This document shows, piece after piece, positions 39,685 to 50,696 of a stretch of DNA of 64,000 nt (position 1 is its first letter; each line of letters begins with the position of its first letter). The stretch is from IMG/VR virus record IMGVR_UViG_3300024348_000007; one strand, given 5' to 3'. The notes below the pieces were generated by a model. That model saw only the letters and a list, made by a program, of their open reading frames with translations, did no database searches and was not told the origin of the DNA. Both the position numbers and the translations under genes were made by a program. The stretch is from a virus.

Positions 39685-42072
39685 ATGTCAACAATTAAAT
39701 TACGCCGAAGTGCCGTAGCCGGTAGAATACCTACTATTGCACAATTAGATTTAGGCGAATTAGCCATCAACACGAATGATGGTAAACTTTATTTTAAAAG
39801 ACTTGATGTTGCTGCAAATACAGAAACTATTGTTGATGTTTCTGCCGATTTAGATGCTAACGCTATTCTCACATTACTTAAAACAGTTGATGGCTCAGGC
39901 TCTGGCCTTGATGCTGACCTGTTAGATGGACAGTCTGGAGATTATTATCTAGACTATACTAACTTTACAAACGTTCCGCCTGCAACTTTAGATTTAACTT
40001 TAAGCGGAAAAGTAACTGGTAACGCTTTTTCAAATACTGGCGTAATGACTCTTGTTACAGAGTTAGCCAATACCGCAGTTACAGCTGGTTCTTACGGTTC
40101 TGCCTCACAAATTCCGGTATTTACTGTTGATGAAGATGGTCGATTAACAGCAGCAAGTACAACAGCAGTTGCGGGTGTTGATGATTTTGTTTGGAATACA
40201 GCCAATAATACTTTGCAAATTGATACGGGAGATGGCTCCTCATTCTTTGCAGATATATCAGATTTTGGCGATCCAGTAAATATTAATACTACTTCTACCG
40301 TTTATTCAGATTCGTTTGATTTATTATCTAATAACCCTCTTACTTTTGGTTACAATTCTGGCGCTTTACCTCAATCTGTTTTAGGACCGACAAGAGATGA
40401 CACTGCAGGTAACTCAGCTTTAGGAATTAGATTATATAATTATGGAACAGAATCTACCGGAGATTTCGCAATTATCGGTAAATCAAACGCGTCTGGATCT
40501 GCAGAGCAATTATTTAGAGTTAATTGGGATGGATCTTCTGTAGACTTAGCTGCACCTAAATTAAAATTAGGTGATACATCAAACAACTCTGTATCTTCAA
40601 CCATCGAAAGTTCTGGTGTGCTAGTATTAGATCCAGCACCGACCGGTGGAAATGTTGCTGGTGCTGTAAGAGTTAAAGGTGATCTACATGTTGATGGAAA
40701 CTTTATACAAGATTTAACTGTTACCTTGACAGGAGACGTTACTGGTACTGTAACTTCTAACAATACCATTATGTCTCTAGTCACTGATATATCTTCGAGT
40801 GGTGTTACTGCAGGACAATATGGTTCTGCTACGGCAATCCCGGTTATTACTGTTGCGGATGATGGACGTATTACTCTTGCTTCTACAACTTCAGTTGCAG
40901 GCGTTGATGACTTTACTTATGATTCAGCAAATAATAGTTTAGTTCTTCAAACTGGAGACGGATCATTCTATATAGCTCCTATTACAACGTTTGGATTAAA
41001 TACAGATTTTAGCGCAGGTATAGATGTTACAGGTAATATCACTGTTACTGGAACTGTTGATGGTAGAGATGTTTCCACAGACGGGGCTAAACTCGATTTA
41101 ATCGAAAATAATGCTACCGCAGATCAAACAGCTTCAGAAATATTAACCGCGATTAAAACAGTAGATGGATCAGGAACAGGACTTGATGCAGATTTATTAG
41201 ATGGTTTACACGCTTCTGATATTCTTTCTCAAGCCGCTAATACAGCTTCGCAGTCAGTAGGTAACGGAGAAGTTGCTATTACTGCGAATACAGGATTAAC
41301 CGGTTCAGGAACATTTAACCTTAATGATTCAACTGATCTTGCTATTAATATTCAGCACGCCGACACATCAAGCGTTGTCGATGTTTCTTTAGCATCAGGC
41401 CGAGCACTTACTGGCTTAACATTTGATACATTCGGTCATGTACAAACACATTCAAATACAGACTTTGACGATCGTTACTATACAGAAACAGAATTAGACG
41501 CAGGGCAATTAGATAATCGTTATTATACTGAAAGCGAAATAGATGGTGGTCTATTAGACAGCAGATATTATACTGAAACAGAATTAGACGCTGGTCAATT
41601 AGATAATCGTTATTATACAGAAACAGAATTAGACGCTGGTCAACTTGATAACAGATATTATACTGAAACTGAAGCAGATGCAAGATTTGTTAATGTTACA
41701 GGCGATACAATTACTGGAAACTTAGATGTTCAAGGTAACTTAGGATTAAATTACTCTACATTTGTATCAGCTCAAGTAACTACGACGACTACGGCAGCTA
41801 CAACTCTATACGCGTTTCCTACTGCAAACTTTGGGTCTGCTGAACTTGTAGTATCTGCCACATCTGGCGGTAATAGACATACTACAAAATTATTGATAAC
41901 TCATGATGGGTCAACTGCAATTGCTACAGAATACGCTACGATATTTACAAATGCAGAGATTGGAACTTACGATGTAACTGTAACAGGCGGAACTTTAGTT
42001 ACGGTACAAGTAACTTCTGCAAATGCTAACTCTACGACATATACAGTAGCTGGACAGCTTTTGAAAGTCTAG
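39685..42072 (+). CDS. Tail fibre protein with Mtd-N-like N-terminus and RYYTETE repeats
   Basis: MSTIKLRRSAVAGRIP....LDLGELAINTNDGKLY, GSGLDADLLDG motifs, tandem 15-aa repeats. Confidence 0.75.
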   Translation: MSTIKLRRSAVAGRIPTIAQLDLGELAINTNDGKLYFKRLDVAANTETIVDVSADLDANAILTLLKTVDGSGSGLDADLLDGQSGDYYLDYTNFTNVPPATLDLTLSGKVTGNAFSNTGVMTLVTELANTAVTAGSYGSASQIPVFTVDEDGRLTAASTTAVAGVDDFVWNTANNTLQIDTGDGSSFFADISDFGDPVNINTTSTVYSDSFDLLSNNPLTFGYNSGALPQSVLGPTRDDTAGNSALGIRLYNYGTESTGDFAIIGKSNASGSAEQLFRVNWDGSSVDLAAPKLKLGDTSNNSVSSTIESSGVLVLDPAPTGGNVAGAVRVKGDLHVDGNFIQDLTVTLTGDVTGTVTSNNTIMSLVTDISSSGVTAGQYGSATAIPVITVADDGRITLASTTSVAGVDDFTYDSANNSLVLQTGDGSFYIAPITTFGLNTDFSAGIDVTGNITVTGTVDGRDVSTDGAKLDLIENNATADQTASEILTAIKTVDGSGTGLDADLLDGLHASDILSQAANTASQSVGNGEVAITANTGLTGSGTFNLNDSTDLAINIQHADTSSVVDVSLASGRALTGLTFDTFGHVQTHSNTDFDDRYYTETELDAGQLDNRYYTESEIDGGLLDSRYYTETELDAGQLDNRYYTETELDAGQLDNRYYTETEADARFVNVTGDTITGNLDVQGNLGLNYSTFVSAQVTTTTTAATTLYAFPTANFGSAELVVSATSGGNRHTTKLLITHDGSTAIATEYATIFTNAEIGTYDVTVTGGTLVTVQVTSANANSTTYTVAGQLLKV
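41473..41688 (+). repeat. Tandem 45-nt (15-aa) coding repeat RYYTETELDAGQLDN, four full copies plus one partial
   Basis: Arg codons start at 41473, 41518, 41563, 41608 and 41653; copies differ mostly at synonymous sites except copy 2. Confidence 0.9.
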
Positions 42073-42078
42073 TTTCAT

Positions 42079-42086
42079 TATAAATA
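42079..42086 (+). promoter_or_regulatory. T4-type late promoter TATAAATA
   Basis: Exact motif in the intergenic region upstream of the long fibre gene. Confidence 0.8.
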
Positions 42087-42124
42087 AAAGAAAAATAGAA
42101 GCCTAACTGGGGAGAGTGAACCGA

Positions 42125-45100
42125 ATGGCAAATGATAAAAAATTCATAGTAAAGAACGGACTTCAATCTGAGAATAACGTTCTTGTCGGTACTACAACAG
42201 ATGACGGCGTAAATAAATTACAAGTATCAGGTACAACTAAGCTTATAAACTCAGGCTCATCGGTTCCAATTACTATTGAGAACACGGGCGGTATTAATAC
42301 TCCTTTAATAAATTTTGAAGGTGGTGTAGGCGCGCTACAAGTTAAAAACACGGGTAGCGGAGACTATAGTATTCTCAATACCTCAGGCGCTAACGAAATA
42401 AAATTTAATGATAATACTGCAAATGGTTTGGTATTCATTGCTGGCAATACAGATCAGCTTAAAATCAATACTACTGTAGCAGATTTCACTAATGTTCCTT
42501 CTATTAATGGTGTACCAGTTTGGTATAGCGGTAACGATGGAGCAGGATCTGGTCTTGATGCCGACTTATTAGACGGTCTTAATTCAATACAATTCCTGCG
42601 TAGCGATGAAAACGATACTTTTGACGGTGACTTAGTTATAACTGGTGATCTTACTGTACAAGGTACTCGTACTGAAATAATTTCAGAAACAGTTTTAATT
42701 GCTGATAATATCATTACACTTAATAGTAATTTCACAGCATCTAATCCTACAGAAAATGCAGGTATAGAAGTAGAACGTGGTACTTTAACTAATTCAATTT
42801 TTCAATGGAACGAAACTATGGACTGGTGGGAACTTAATTCTGCTGGTACAAGTTTAGGACGTATTATTACAACAGCCGATGAAGGTTCAGGCAACGGGTT
42901 TGATGCGGATACAGTTGATGGTTTACAAGCTTCACAATTTATTCGTTCTGATGTTAATGACGTCGCAACTGGTAATTTAGAATTTGAAGGCACAGTTGCT
43001 ATTGGTAACGAGGCTGGTTCCGCATTACTCACAATGCGAGGTGCTGGTACTAACAGAGTTCTTTCTTCTGATAACGGAAAGATAGGTTTCTTAGATACAG
43101 GCTTTGCTTATAATACATATTCTGATGCTAACTACAATTGGCATGTAGGGAACGATGTTATTGCTAAAAGATTACTTGATGCAGATGATAACAGCTATCT
43201 AGTCGATCCTGCGGGAGAGTCTCAACTAAATGATGTCGTATTAGTAGGTGAACTTTACGGCCATGACGGTACTGCAAAAGATGGTAGCACATATATCGAT
43301 CTTCAAAACAACGGTACAACTGGATTAATTTATTTTAACGTTGATGGCGCTGGGTTACACACCACTTTATCAAAAGATCAGATGTTTGTAAACAAAAAAG
43401 TTGTTGCACCAAGATTTGAAGATAGCAACGATAACGGATATTATGTAGTACCTAGTAGTGTATCAAGACTTAGCCAAATTCAAATAGATGATTATATCAT
43501 ACACAAAGGTGATACAAATACTTACTTTGGTTTTGACACAGATGATAGTTATAAATTGTACATTAACGGTGTTCAACAACTCGCAATGTCAGCAAGCTCT
43601 GCCGTATTTACTAATGATGTTGAAGCGGCTAGATTTGTAGATTCAGATAACAATAGCTATTTTCTTGATCCAGCTAGTGCCTCTACTTTAAATACAATTG
43701 GTATTGACTCAGATCTTTTCCATAACGGTGATACCGATACTAAACTTTCATTCGGTACAAATCAAATTGATTTCAATACTGGCGGTACACAAAGACTTTC
43801 TATAGCAAACGCAGCATCAACCTTCAGTCACAGTGTAATTGCTCCCAACGTTTACATAGACGATTACATATATCATACAGGAGACACGCCTGCAAATACA
43901 ACTTATTTTGGTTTTTCTGCAGATGATAATTTTGGCGTAGTATTAGGAGGTAATGGTGCACTTTTACTTACGCCTACCGCTACAACTTCTATTGCTTACA
44001 TATATGCGCCTCGCTTTGTTGACACAGATAATAGTGCTAGATATTTAGATCCTAGTGCTACTTCACCTTTGAATAACATTTCTTTAGATGGTGTTTTACA
44101 AAACTTAAACGATCCAGATACATATTTAACATTTGCTTCGGATGCGGTTCAGTTTTATACTGGTAATACATTAAGAGCTTTTATTAATAATTCTTATCTT
44201 GAAACTACGGTTTCTGTAAGATCTCCAGTATATTATGGCACAAGCCAAATAGTTGATTTCTTAGATCTCGATGCAGGAGCTGGTTCTGACGCTTTAAGAG
44301 TTAGAGGTAGACTTAACATCGGTGGCGGTACTGATGTTGAAAGATTTAACGATACTACAGGAAATGGTGGTATTACTATTTCTGGTTATGCAGGTATGGG
44401 TGGAACAACTAATCCATCAATTCAAGTATCTGGTGCAAACGGCGCAAGATCTCTTTTATCTCTTAACAAGATTGATATTGGTGGAAACCCCTATTCTTCT
44501 AAAAATAACTACTTTGCAGAATTCTTAACTGATGGTGCAGCAGCTTTCTCAATCAGAGGCGACAATTCTAAAAACGCTTATTTTATTGCAGACGCAGATC
44601 AAAAAATGGTGTTTATGGATAGTGGAGCCAATACAAGATTGGCTATGGATGAGTTAGGCAACACTATTATCGGTAACGACTCTATAAGTTTTACTCAAGG
44701 ATCACATACACCAGTACTTGCTTCTGGAGCAAAAACAGATGGTAAACTACACGTTGACGGTTCCATTCATATAAACGGTGCAGACGATGCGTTGGTTATT
44801 GGTGGTACTACATCTACTTTCTTAAGAGATGACGAACTAGGATTTGGTTCAGGCGGTGGTTTCTATATGAACGATACTACCAATCTTAGAGTTAGAAATA
44901 ATAAGTTACTAACATCAACGGGTAATGCTTCATTCGCTCAATATCTAGATGCTAATGATGTTTTATTCTATGGTGACTTTGCTAGTACATCACGAATGAA
45001 TAACATAAGCCTTGTCGGTGAAGTTATACACGACGGAGATACTAATACTAAAATTGGTTTTGGCACAGATCAAATTATTTTTACTGCCGGTGGAACTGCA

Positions 45101-48100
45101 CAGCTTAATGTATATACAACATATGCGCAAGCTACTACAGATATGCGATCCCCAATATTCTCTGATGCTGGTGGAACTTTTAAATTTGAGCCTAACACGA
45201 GCTCAGCTCACAGATTTACAACTCCTACCGGTTGGTTAGAAATCGGTTCTAAAGTTGCAGGTTCAACCGCATTCGATACAGATAGAGCTTTATTCACTTT
45301 CAATAAACGAGTAAATTTTGACGGCGGAATTTCTGCGGCTGACACAAACGATGACGCGTATTTTAATCGCTATTACGATTATGGAGATAATAACTATTAT
45401 ATAGATGCGGCTGGAGATTCACAATTAAATACTATTGACATTGACGACTTTATCAGACATCGTGGAGATACAGGAACTTATATGGGTTTCTCTGCTGCAG
45501 CAACTTATAAAGTAGTCATAGTAGGTACTGAAAGATTAAATATTGACGGAAACTCTGCTGATTTTAATGTTGATGTTTATGCTCCTCGTTATTATGATTC
45601 TAATAATACAAACTATTACGTAGATCCTGGATCTACATCTATTGTTAATAATCTTAGAACAAATCAAATCCAAATGGATGGTTCTTCTCTAATTATCGAC
45701 TCACCATCTGGTCCTAAAGGTACCATAATGGTTACGGGTGAAAGAGATAGTTACGCTGGTTATATGATTGATAACGACTGGGGCTTTATATCTAGTGGTG
45801 CTACAGAAATGGGTCTGTATAACGAGACAGATAACGAATGGTCATTACTCGCCAATAGAAATAACTTCACAAGATTATATTCTAACAACATCCATCAAAT
45901 TGGTGCAGAAAATGGTTACGGTTACGCTCCTAACAGAATGAGAGCGCCAATATTTGAAGACTCAAACGACACGGCATTCTATGCCGATCTGGCTGGTCAA
46001 TCACGATTAAAATCTGTTAAGGCTGGCGATAGTGCAATCTATAATAATACAACTTATCCATTAGAAGTTAAGTCTTCACAAGAACGCATGATCGTTATGC
46101 AAAATACATCTGCTGACACTAACTTTCCATCAATTTTACATAATACTAGAAACTCTCGCGCTACTATGGCGTTATCATTTAACAACATTGGTGAGCGTTT
46201 TTGGTTTGAAGAAAATGGTAATATACAAGCATACGGCGCAGGTATCTTTGGATCTCTTGCACTTAACGGCGGTAATGAAGATCTTGGTCTTCTGAAAACT
46301 TATGGATCAGGACTTGCCGATCTTAAAATGTTTGATGCTTCAGACTATTGGGATAAGCGAGTTATTCAGCCGATGCAAGGTTCTGAAAACAGTGCTACAT
46401 CTAGTACAGGCGAATATGTTAAAAACGGAAATGGTCCATTTGCATCAAGTTATGCTCTAAGAACTGCGGGTTACAGAGATTTCGACTCTGATTATATTCC
46501 AGTTCAACCTGGAGAAACAATCTACGTTGAACAAGCTGTAAGAAATATTAGTGGTTCTGGCGGTTTATTTTATCTTGGTGTTAGAAGATACGATAAAGAC
46601 AAAAACCCGATTGCGTCTAACGATGGTATTGTATACTTCGGAGCAAGCGCTATTAATAATACTTCTACTTCTTGGACGGAATACAAAGGTACTCATACTC
46701 TTCCAACATCTCATACACCGTATAACGGTTCTGACGGAGAAGGTGTTCGCTATGTAAGAGTTATTTCTCTTATGAATTATAGCGCAGGTGGTGCTACACG
46801 CGAATTTGGTCCTCCAATTTTAAAACGTACTAACGTACAATCTGATTTAGTTACTCCAAATCTTACAGTTGAAGTCGATTTAACGGTAGGTGGAAACGCA
46901 ACAATTACCGGTGATTTAACAGTTGATGATATTACAGCAGATGTTATTACCGCAAATAGATTTGCAGATCGTGGTAATACTGCTTATTATGTTGAGCCAT
47001 TAACTGGCGCTAAAGTTGCTGGTTCTTGGGATTGGACAAACGGTTCTATCAACAATCTAAACAACTTAACATTTAACGATCCAGGTCCTAATGAAGGTAT
47101 TAAATGGAACGGTGGTAATCTATGGCAGATTTATGAGTCACCAAATGACTTAGCAACTAATACAGGTGGTAATTTACAATTTACTTCTGGTGCAAATCAA
47201 GGCTCGATGAGACTTAGAGTTGATACTTCTGGTGATGTATACGCTGGACGTTATCATAGAGCACAACGTTTTTATGATACTAACAATGCTGCTTACTACG
47301 CAGATCCTGCTTCAACATCTGTACTTAATCAAGTATATATTAATGAATATCTCCGCCACAGTGGTGATACAGATACTTATTTAAGATTTATAGGTGCAGA
47401 CGATATGCAGCTTGTTGCTGGTGGTCGTCAAATGCTTCGTATGGGTGAAGGTACAGATCCTGATAGATTACGATTTGTTACAGATAGTAACTGGACAGAC
47501 TCTAACGGTGACTGGGCAATGTCTCGTAATGTTGTTGTACAAGGTACACATACCGCTGTAAACAGTTCATACGCGCCAATATTCTACGATTATGATGATA
47601 ATGCTTATTATGGTAATTTTGCTGGCACATCTTTAATGAATATTGTTAGGGCAAATCGGTTTGAAGTAGATGGTTCTACAAGATATATCGACGGCATATC
47701 AGGTCAATACGGTACTATTAGAGTAACGGGTAACACAAACGGTTATGCTGGTTACGCGATTAACGATGACTGGGTGTTCATGTCAAGTGGCGCTGGAATG
47801 TCAGGCATTTATAACGATACGAATAACGAATGGTCTGCTCAATTCCTACAGAATAGTGATGTTAAACTTTATCATAACGGTGGAGAGAAATTCAGCACGA
47901 ACTCTGGTGGCGCTACAATTTATGGCAGACTAATAGCTGATTACATGGCAGATAGAAATAATACAGCGTATACTGTTAACCCTGCTGGCACATCAAGGTT
48001 CTTAGATTTAGACGTTGATAACCCTATCGGTGGAAATATCGCTGGGTATTCTGAGAACTTATTAAGAGTTGATAACAGAGATATTGAGCCAAATGATCAT

Positions 48101-50695
48101 ACTGCAGGCAGATTAACGTTTGGTTTCACATCTTGGAATAATAACAACACATCACCTTGGGCTGATTATTTACACTTAAGATCTTATACAGATGCATCAG
48201 GTGGATCAGATAACCTTCTTATGTTTAAGAAGTCTGGTCGTGGAATGCGTTTATGGCAACAAACTTTTAACAGTGGTACAGCGTATTCCGCGTATTCTGA
48301 TGTTGCGATATATAACGCAAACCCTGGTAATACGCCTTTCTATGCATCAAGATACTATGATTCAAATAATACTGCATACTACGGTGATTTTGCATCAACA
48401 TCCATTGTTAATATAATTAGGTATGCGTCTGGTGGTTATGCAGAGTTCCAAACAGCAGCCGGTAATATTCGCGGATATATGCAAGCAACTGACGACAACG
48501 ATGCGCACCTTAAAATTGCTACATCGGGCGGTGAAGATATTAGATTTACGGACGGCGGCCTATCCGGTGATTGGAATGTGATTATCAGAGGTGATGGTCA
48601 AACATTAATTCGAAGCAGATTAGACACTCCTATCATGTACGATAGAGATGATACTGGTTATTATAGTAATCCAGCAGGAGCCTCCAACTTTAATACAAGT
48701 ATTCGCGCAAACGAGGTTTATGCACGTAACTGGTTCAGAAATGATAACTCTGGCGAGGGTATGTATAACCAAGCAACGGGTATGCATTGGTATTCAACAA
48801 ATAATACCACTTGGAGAGCATACGGCGGACAGACTACTGTAAAAATAGAAATGAACACAGCTAGTAATACTTTAAGAGGTTCATTCTACGCAAACAATAG
48901 TGATGAAGTAGGTATCTTATCTCAAGATAATGGTTGGGCTTTACAAGCTACTAACTCTAAAGTAGATGCGCACCATAATTTCTATGCTCCTATCTTTTAT
49001 GATAGAGACGATTCAAATTATTATGTAAATCCAGCCGGCGATGCAAGAATTTCTGGTACTGTTCAAGCAAACCGTTTTACACATAGAGATGCAGTATCAC
49101 AAAACGATACTTTTGGACTATATTTTGCTGATAACGCATCTACTGCATACGCGATTTATCGTGAAAGCGGTGGTTGGAGCAGCCCATATCCAGATTTAAG
49201 AATTGCTTTCCATACTGGTATTAAGTTTGGTGCAAACTCTGGTTACCAAGGTATGCGTTTCTATAATGACTATAACATGGTTACTCAGGTTATGTCAATC
49301 AATAATGGTAGTGACCCATTAGGTGCTAACGATGTTTATGTAAATAACTCATTGCAATCAGGCAATTCATTAAGATCGCCTATTTTTTATGACTCGAACG
49401 ATACAGCTCGTTACACGAACCCTGCAAGTACATCTGAAATGGGCACTATACGAGCCGATCGTTTTGATATGCGTGATCGTGGAGATTGGATTACTTTCTA
49501 TGGTGATGATAGTACAAACCATGGTATTGCATCTCGTGGTTCTACAGGAACCGCAACTGACGATATTCGTATTAACACCTATGGTTCTCTTTTTATTAAC
49601 CTAGACTCAAACAACAATAATACATCTGGAGCTGACTTCTATATTGGTCGCCATGGTAGTGCTACTGGTACTATTGCTAATAGTGACTTGTTTAGAGTAT
49701 ACGGTGATGATAACTATGCTTACTCAGCATACAGTTTCAGAGCGCCTATCTTCTATGACTCAAACGACACTGGTTATTATTGTAATCCGAACAGTTCATC
49801 TAATTTTGCTACATCTGTTCGTGCAAATGAATTCTATGCTCGTAACTGGTTCCGTAATGATAATGGCGCAGAAGGTTTATATAACCAAAATAACGGTTGT
49901 CACTTCTATGCGAGATCGTCTCAATACTGGCACGCGACTGGTAATAATAACGCCAGTGCTATTAATATGCAATTAAGATCAACATATGACGGCAATATTA
50001 GGATGTGGTTACACGGTGACTCATCAAGTTGGTGTGGATACTTAAATGATGGCGGTCAATGGATGATTAGAACTAGAATGACAGATGGTTCGTCTCCAAA
50101 CCACTGGTATTATGAGGATTCAAACACAACTTGGACCGGTAACCCTGGGAATGATAAAGGTAAAATTGAATATCACTCAGATAGATTTTATATCGCTGCT
50201 GGTGGTAACTCAAATAGAATTTGTCAATTCCGTAGAGATGGTACTGATAAAGCTTATGTTAATAACGATGGCGTTTATGTCGGTACAGCTACGTCAGCAC
50301 AATGGGCTGACCTTGCAGAAAGATATAGCGCTGACGAAGTTTATGAGAATGGTACATTACTAGGTATGAACCTAGACGGTGAATCTGAAGGTACTCTTTA
50401 TCAACCAGGAATGCCTATCTTAGGAGTTATTTCTACATCGCCTGGTGTTAAAATGAACGACATGGAAATCGAAGATGATAACTCTCTTGAAGGTAAAATG
50501 AACCCTTATATTGCTCTTAAAGGACGTATACCGTGTAAAGTAAATGGAGACGTTAAAAAGGGTCAATGGTTAATACCTGATATTGACGGTAAATGTAAAG
50601 GAATAGATTATGGTACTTCTGGTATAAATAGTCATGAAATTATAGGAATTGCGCTTAGCGACTCCGAAAATGGTGAAGTAGAGGTGAAAGTATAA
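42125..50695 (+). CDS. Long tail fibre (~2856 aa) with ~17 AP.FYDS....YY..P repeats and C-terminal autoproteolytic chaperone-like domain (peptidase G2/IMC-like)
   Basis: ATG at 42125 (MANDKKFIVKNGL) after GGGGAG. GLDADLLDG motifs. C-terminus ADLAERY.AD..YE.GT...GVIST.PG..MN....IALKGRIPCKV.G.VKKG...IIGIAL. Confidence 0.8.
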   Translation: MANDKKFIVKNGLQSENNVLVGTTTDDGVNKLQVSGTTKLINSGSSVPITIENTGGINTPLINFEGGVGALQVKNTGSGDYSILNTSGANEIKFNDNTANGLVFIAGNTDQLKINTTVADFTNVPSINGVPVWYSGNDGAGSGLDADLLDGLNSIQFLRSDENDTFDGDLVITGDLTVQGTRTEIISETVLIADNIITLNSNFTASNPTENAGIEVERGTLTNSIFQWNETMDWWELNSAGTSLGRIITTADEGSGNGFDADTVDGLQASQFIRSDVNDVATGNLEFEGTVAIGNEAGSALLTMRGAGTNRVLSSDNGKIGFLDTGFAYNTYSDANYNWHVGNDVIAKRLLDADDNSYLVDPAGESQLNDVVLVGELYGHDGTAKDGSTYIDLQNNGTTGLIYFNVDGAGLHTTLSKDQMFVNKKVVAPRFEDSNDNGYYVVPSSVSRLSQIQIDDYIIHKGDTNTYFGFDTDDSYKLYINGVQQLAMSASSAVFTNDVEAARFVDSDNNSYFLDPASASTLNTIGIDSDLFHNGDTDTKLSFGTNQIDFNTGGTQRLSIANAASTFSHSVIAPNVYIDDYIYHTGDTPANTTYFGFSADDNFGVVLGGNGALLLTPTATTSIAYIYAPRFVDTDNSARYLDPSATSPLNNISLDGVLQNLNDPDTYLTFASDAVQFYTGNTLRAFINNSYLETTVSVRSPVYYGTSQIVDFLDLDAGAGSDALRVRGRLNIGGGTDVERFNDTTGNGGITISGYAGMGGTTNPSIQVSGANGARSLLSLNKIDIGGNPYSSKNNYFAEFLTDGAAAFSIRGDNSKNAYFIADADQKMVFMDSGANTRLAMDELGNTIIGNDSISFTQGSHTPVLASGAKTDGKLHVDGSIHINGADDALVIGGTTSTFLRDDELGFGSGGGFYMNDTTNLRVRNNKLLTSTGNASFAQYLDANDVLFYGDFASTSRMNNISLVGEVIHDGDTNTKIGFGTDQIIFTAGGTAQLNVYTTYAQATTDMRSPIFSDAGGTFKFEPNTSSAHRFTTPTGWLEIGSKVAGSTAFDTDRALFTFNKRVNFDGGISAADTNDDAYFNRYYDYGDNNYYIDAAGDSQLNTIDIDDFIRHRGDTGTYMGFSAAATYKVVIVGTERLNIDGNSADFNVDVYAPRYYDSNNTNYYVDPGSTSIVNNLRTNQIQMDGSSLIIDSPSGPKGTIMVTGERDSYAGYMIDNDWGFISSGATEMGLYNETDNEWSLLANRNNFTRLYSNNIHQIGAENGYGYAPNRMRAPIFEDSNDTAFYADLAGQSRLKSVKAGDSAIYNNTTYPLEVKSSQERMIVMQNTSADTNFPSILHNTRNSRATMALSFNNIGERFWFEENGNIQAYGAGIFGSLALNGGNEDLGLLKTYGSGLADLKMFDASDYWDKRVIQPMQGSENSATSSTGEYVKNGNGPFASSYALRTAGYRDFDSDYIPVQPGETIYVEQAVRNISGSGGLFYLGVRRYDKDKNPIASNDGIVYFGASAINNTSTSWTEYKGTHTLPTSHTPYNGSDGEGVRYVRVISLMNYSAGGATREFGPPILKRTNVQSDLVTPNLTVEVDLTVGGNATITGDLTVDDITADVITANRFADRGNTAYYVEPLTGAKVAGSWDWTNGSINNLNNLTFNDPGPNEGIKWNGGNLWQIYESPNDLATNTGGNLQFTSGANQGSMRLRVDTSGDVYAGRYHRAQRFYDTNNAAYYADPASTSVLNQVYINEYLRHSGDTDTYLRFIGADDMQLVAGGRQMLRMGEGTDPDRLRFVTDSNWTDSNGDWAMSRNVVVQGTHTAVNSSYAPIFYDYDDNAYYGNFAGTSLMNIVRANRFEVDGSTRYIDGISGQYGTIRVTGNTNGYAGYAINDDWVFMSSGAGMSGIYNDTNNEWSAQFLQNSDVKLYHNGGEKFSTNSGGATIYGRLIADYMADRNNTAYTVNPAGTSRFLDLDVDNPIGGNIAGYSENLLRVDNRDIEPNDHTAGRLTFGFTSWNNNNTSPWADYLHLRSYTDASGGSDNLLMFKKSGRGMRLWQQTFNSGTAYSAYSDVAIYNANPGNTPFYASRYYDSNNTAYYGDFASTSIVNIIRYASGGYAEFQTAAGNIRGYMQATDDNDAHLKIATSGGEDIRFTDGGLSGDWNVIIRGDGQTLIRSRLDTPIMYDRDDTGYYSNPAGASNFNTSIRANEVYARNWFRNDNSGEGMYNQATGMHWYSTNNTTWRAYGGQTTVKIEMNTASNTLRGSFYANNSDEVGILSQDNGWALQATNSKVDAHHNFYAPIFYDRDDSNYYVNPAGDARISGTVQANRFTHRDAVSQNDTFGLYFADNASTAYAIYRESGGWSSPYPDLRIAFHTGIKFGANSGYQGMRFYNDYNMVTQVMSINNGSDPLGANDVYVNNSLQSGNSLRSPIFYDSNDTARYTNPASTSEMGTIRADRFDMRDRGDWITFYGDDSTNHGIASRGSTGTATDDIRINTYGSLFINLDSNNNNTSGADFYIGRHGSATGTIANSDLFRVYGDDNYAYSAYSFRAPIFYDSNDTGYYCNPNSSSNFATSVRANEFYARNWFRNDNGAEGLYNQNNGCHFYARSSQYWHATGNNNASAINMQLRSTYDGNIRMWLHGDSSSWCGYLNDGGQWMIRTRMTDGSSPNHWYYEDSNTTWTGNPGNDKGKIEYHSDRFYIAAGGNSNRICQFRRDGTDKAYVNNDGVYVGTATSAQWADLAERYSADEVYENGTLLGMNLDGESEGTLYQPGMPILGVISTSPGVKMNDMEIEDDNSLEGKMNPYIALKGRIPCKVNGDVKKGQWLIPDIDGKCKGIDYGTSGINSHEIIGIALSDSENGEVEVKV
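50623..50630 (+). promoter_or_regulatory. Candidate T4-type late promoter TATAAATA inside the 3' end of the fibre gene, upstream of the CHxS-repeat/radical SAM operon
   Basis: Exact TATAAATA ending 67 nt before the ATG at 50697. It is intragenic in AT-rich DNA, so it could be chance. Confidence 0.55.
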
Positions 50696-50696
50696 T

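Noticed and set aside
39685-39800. Mtd-like N-terminus suggesting a diversity-generating retroelement target
   Set aside because: No reverse transcriptase and no template/variable repeat pair seen in the window; this N-terminal motif is common in ordinary fibres.
41473-41688. Regularly spaced repeats resembling a CRISPR array
   Set aside because: They are in-frame coding repeats with synonymous variation, no unique spacers and no cas genes.
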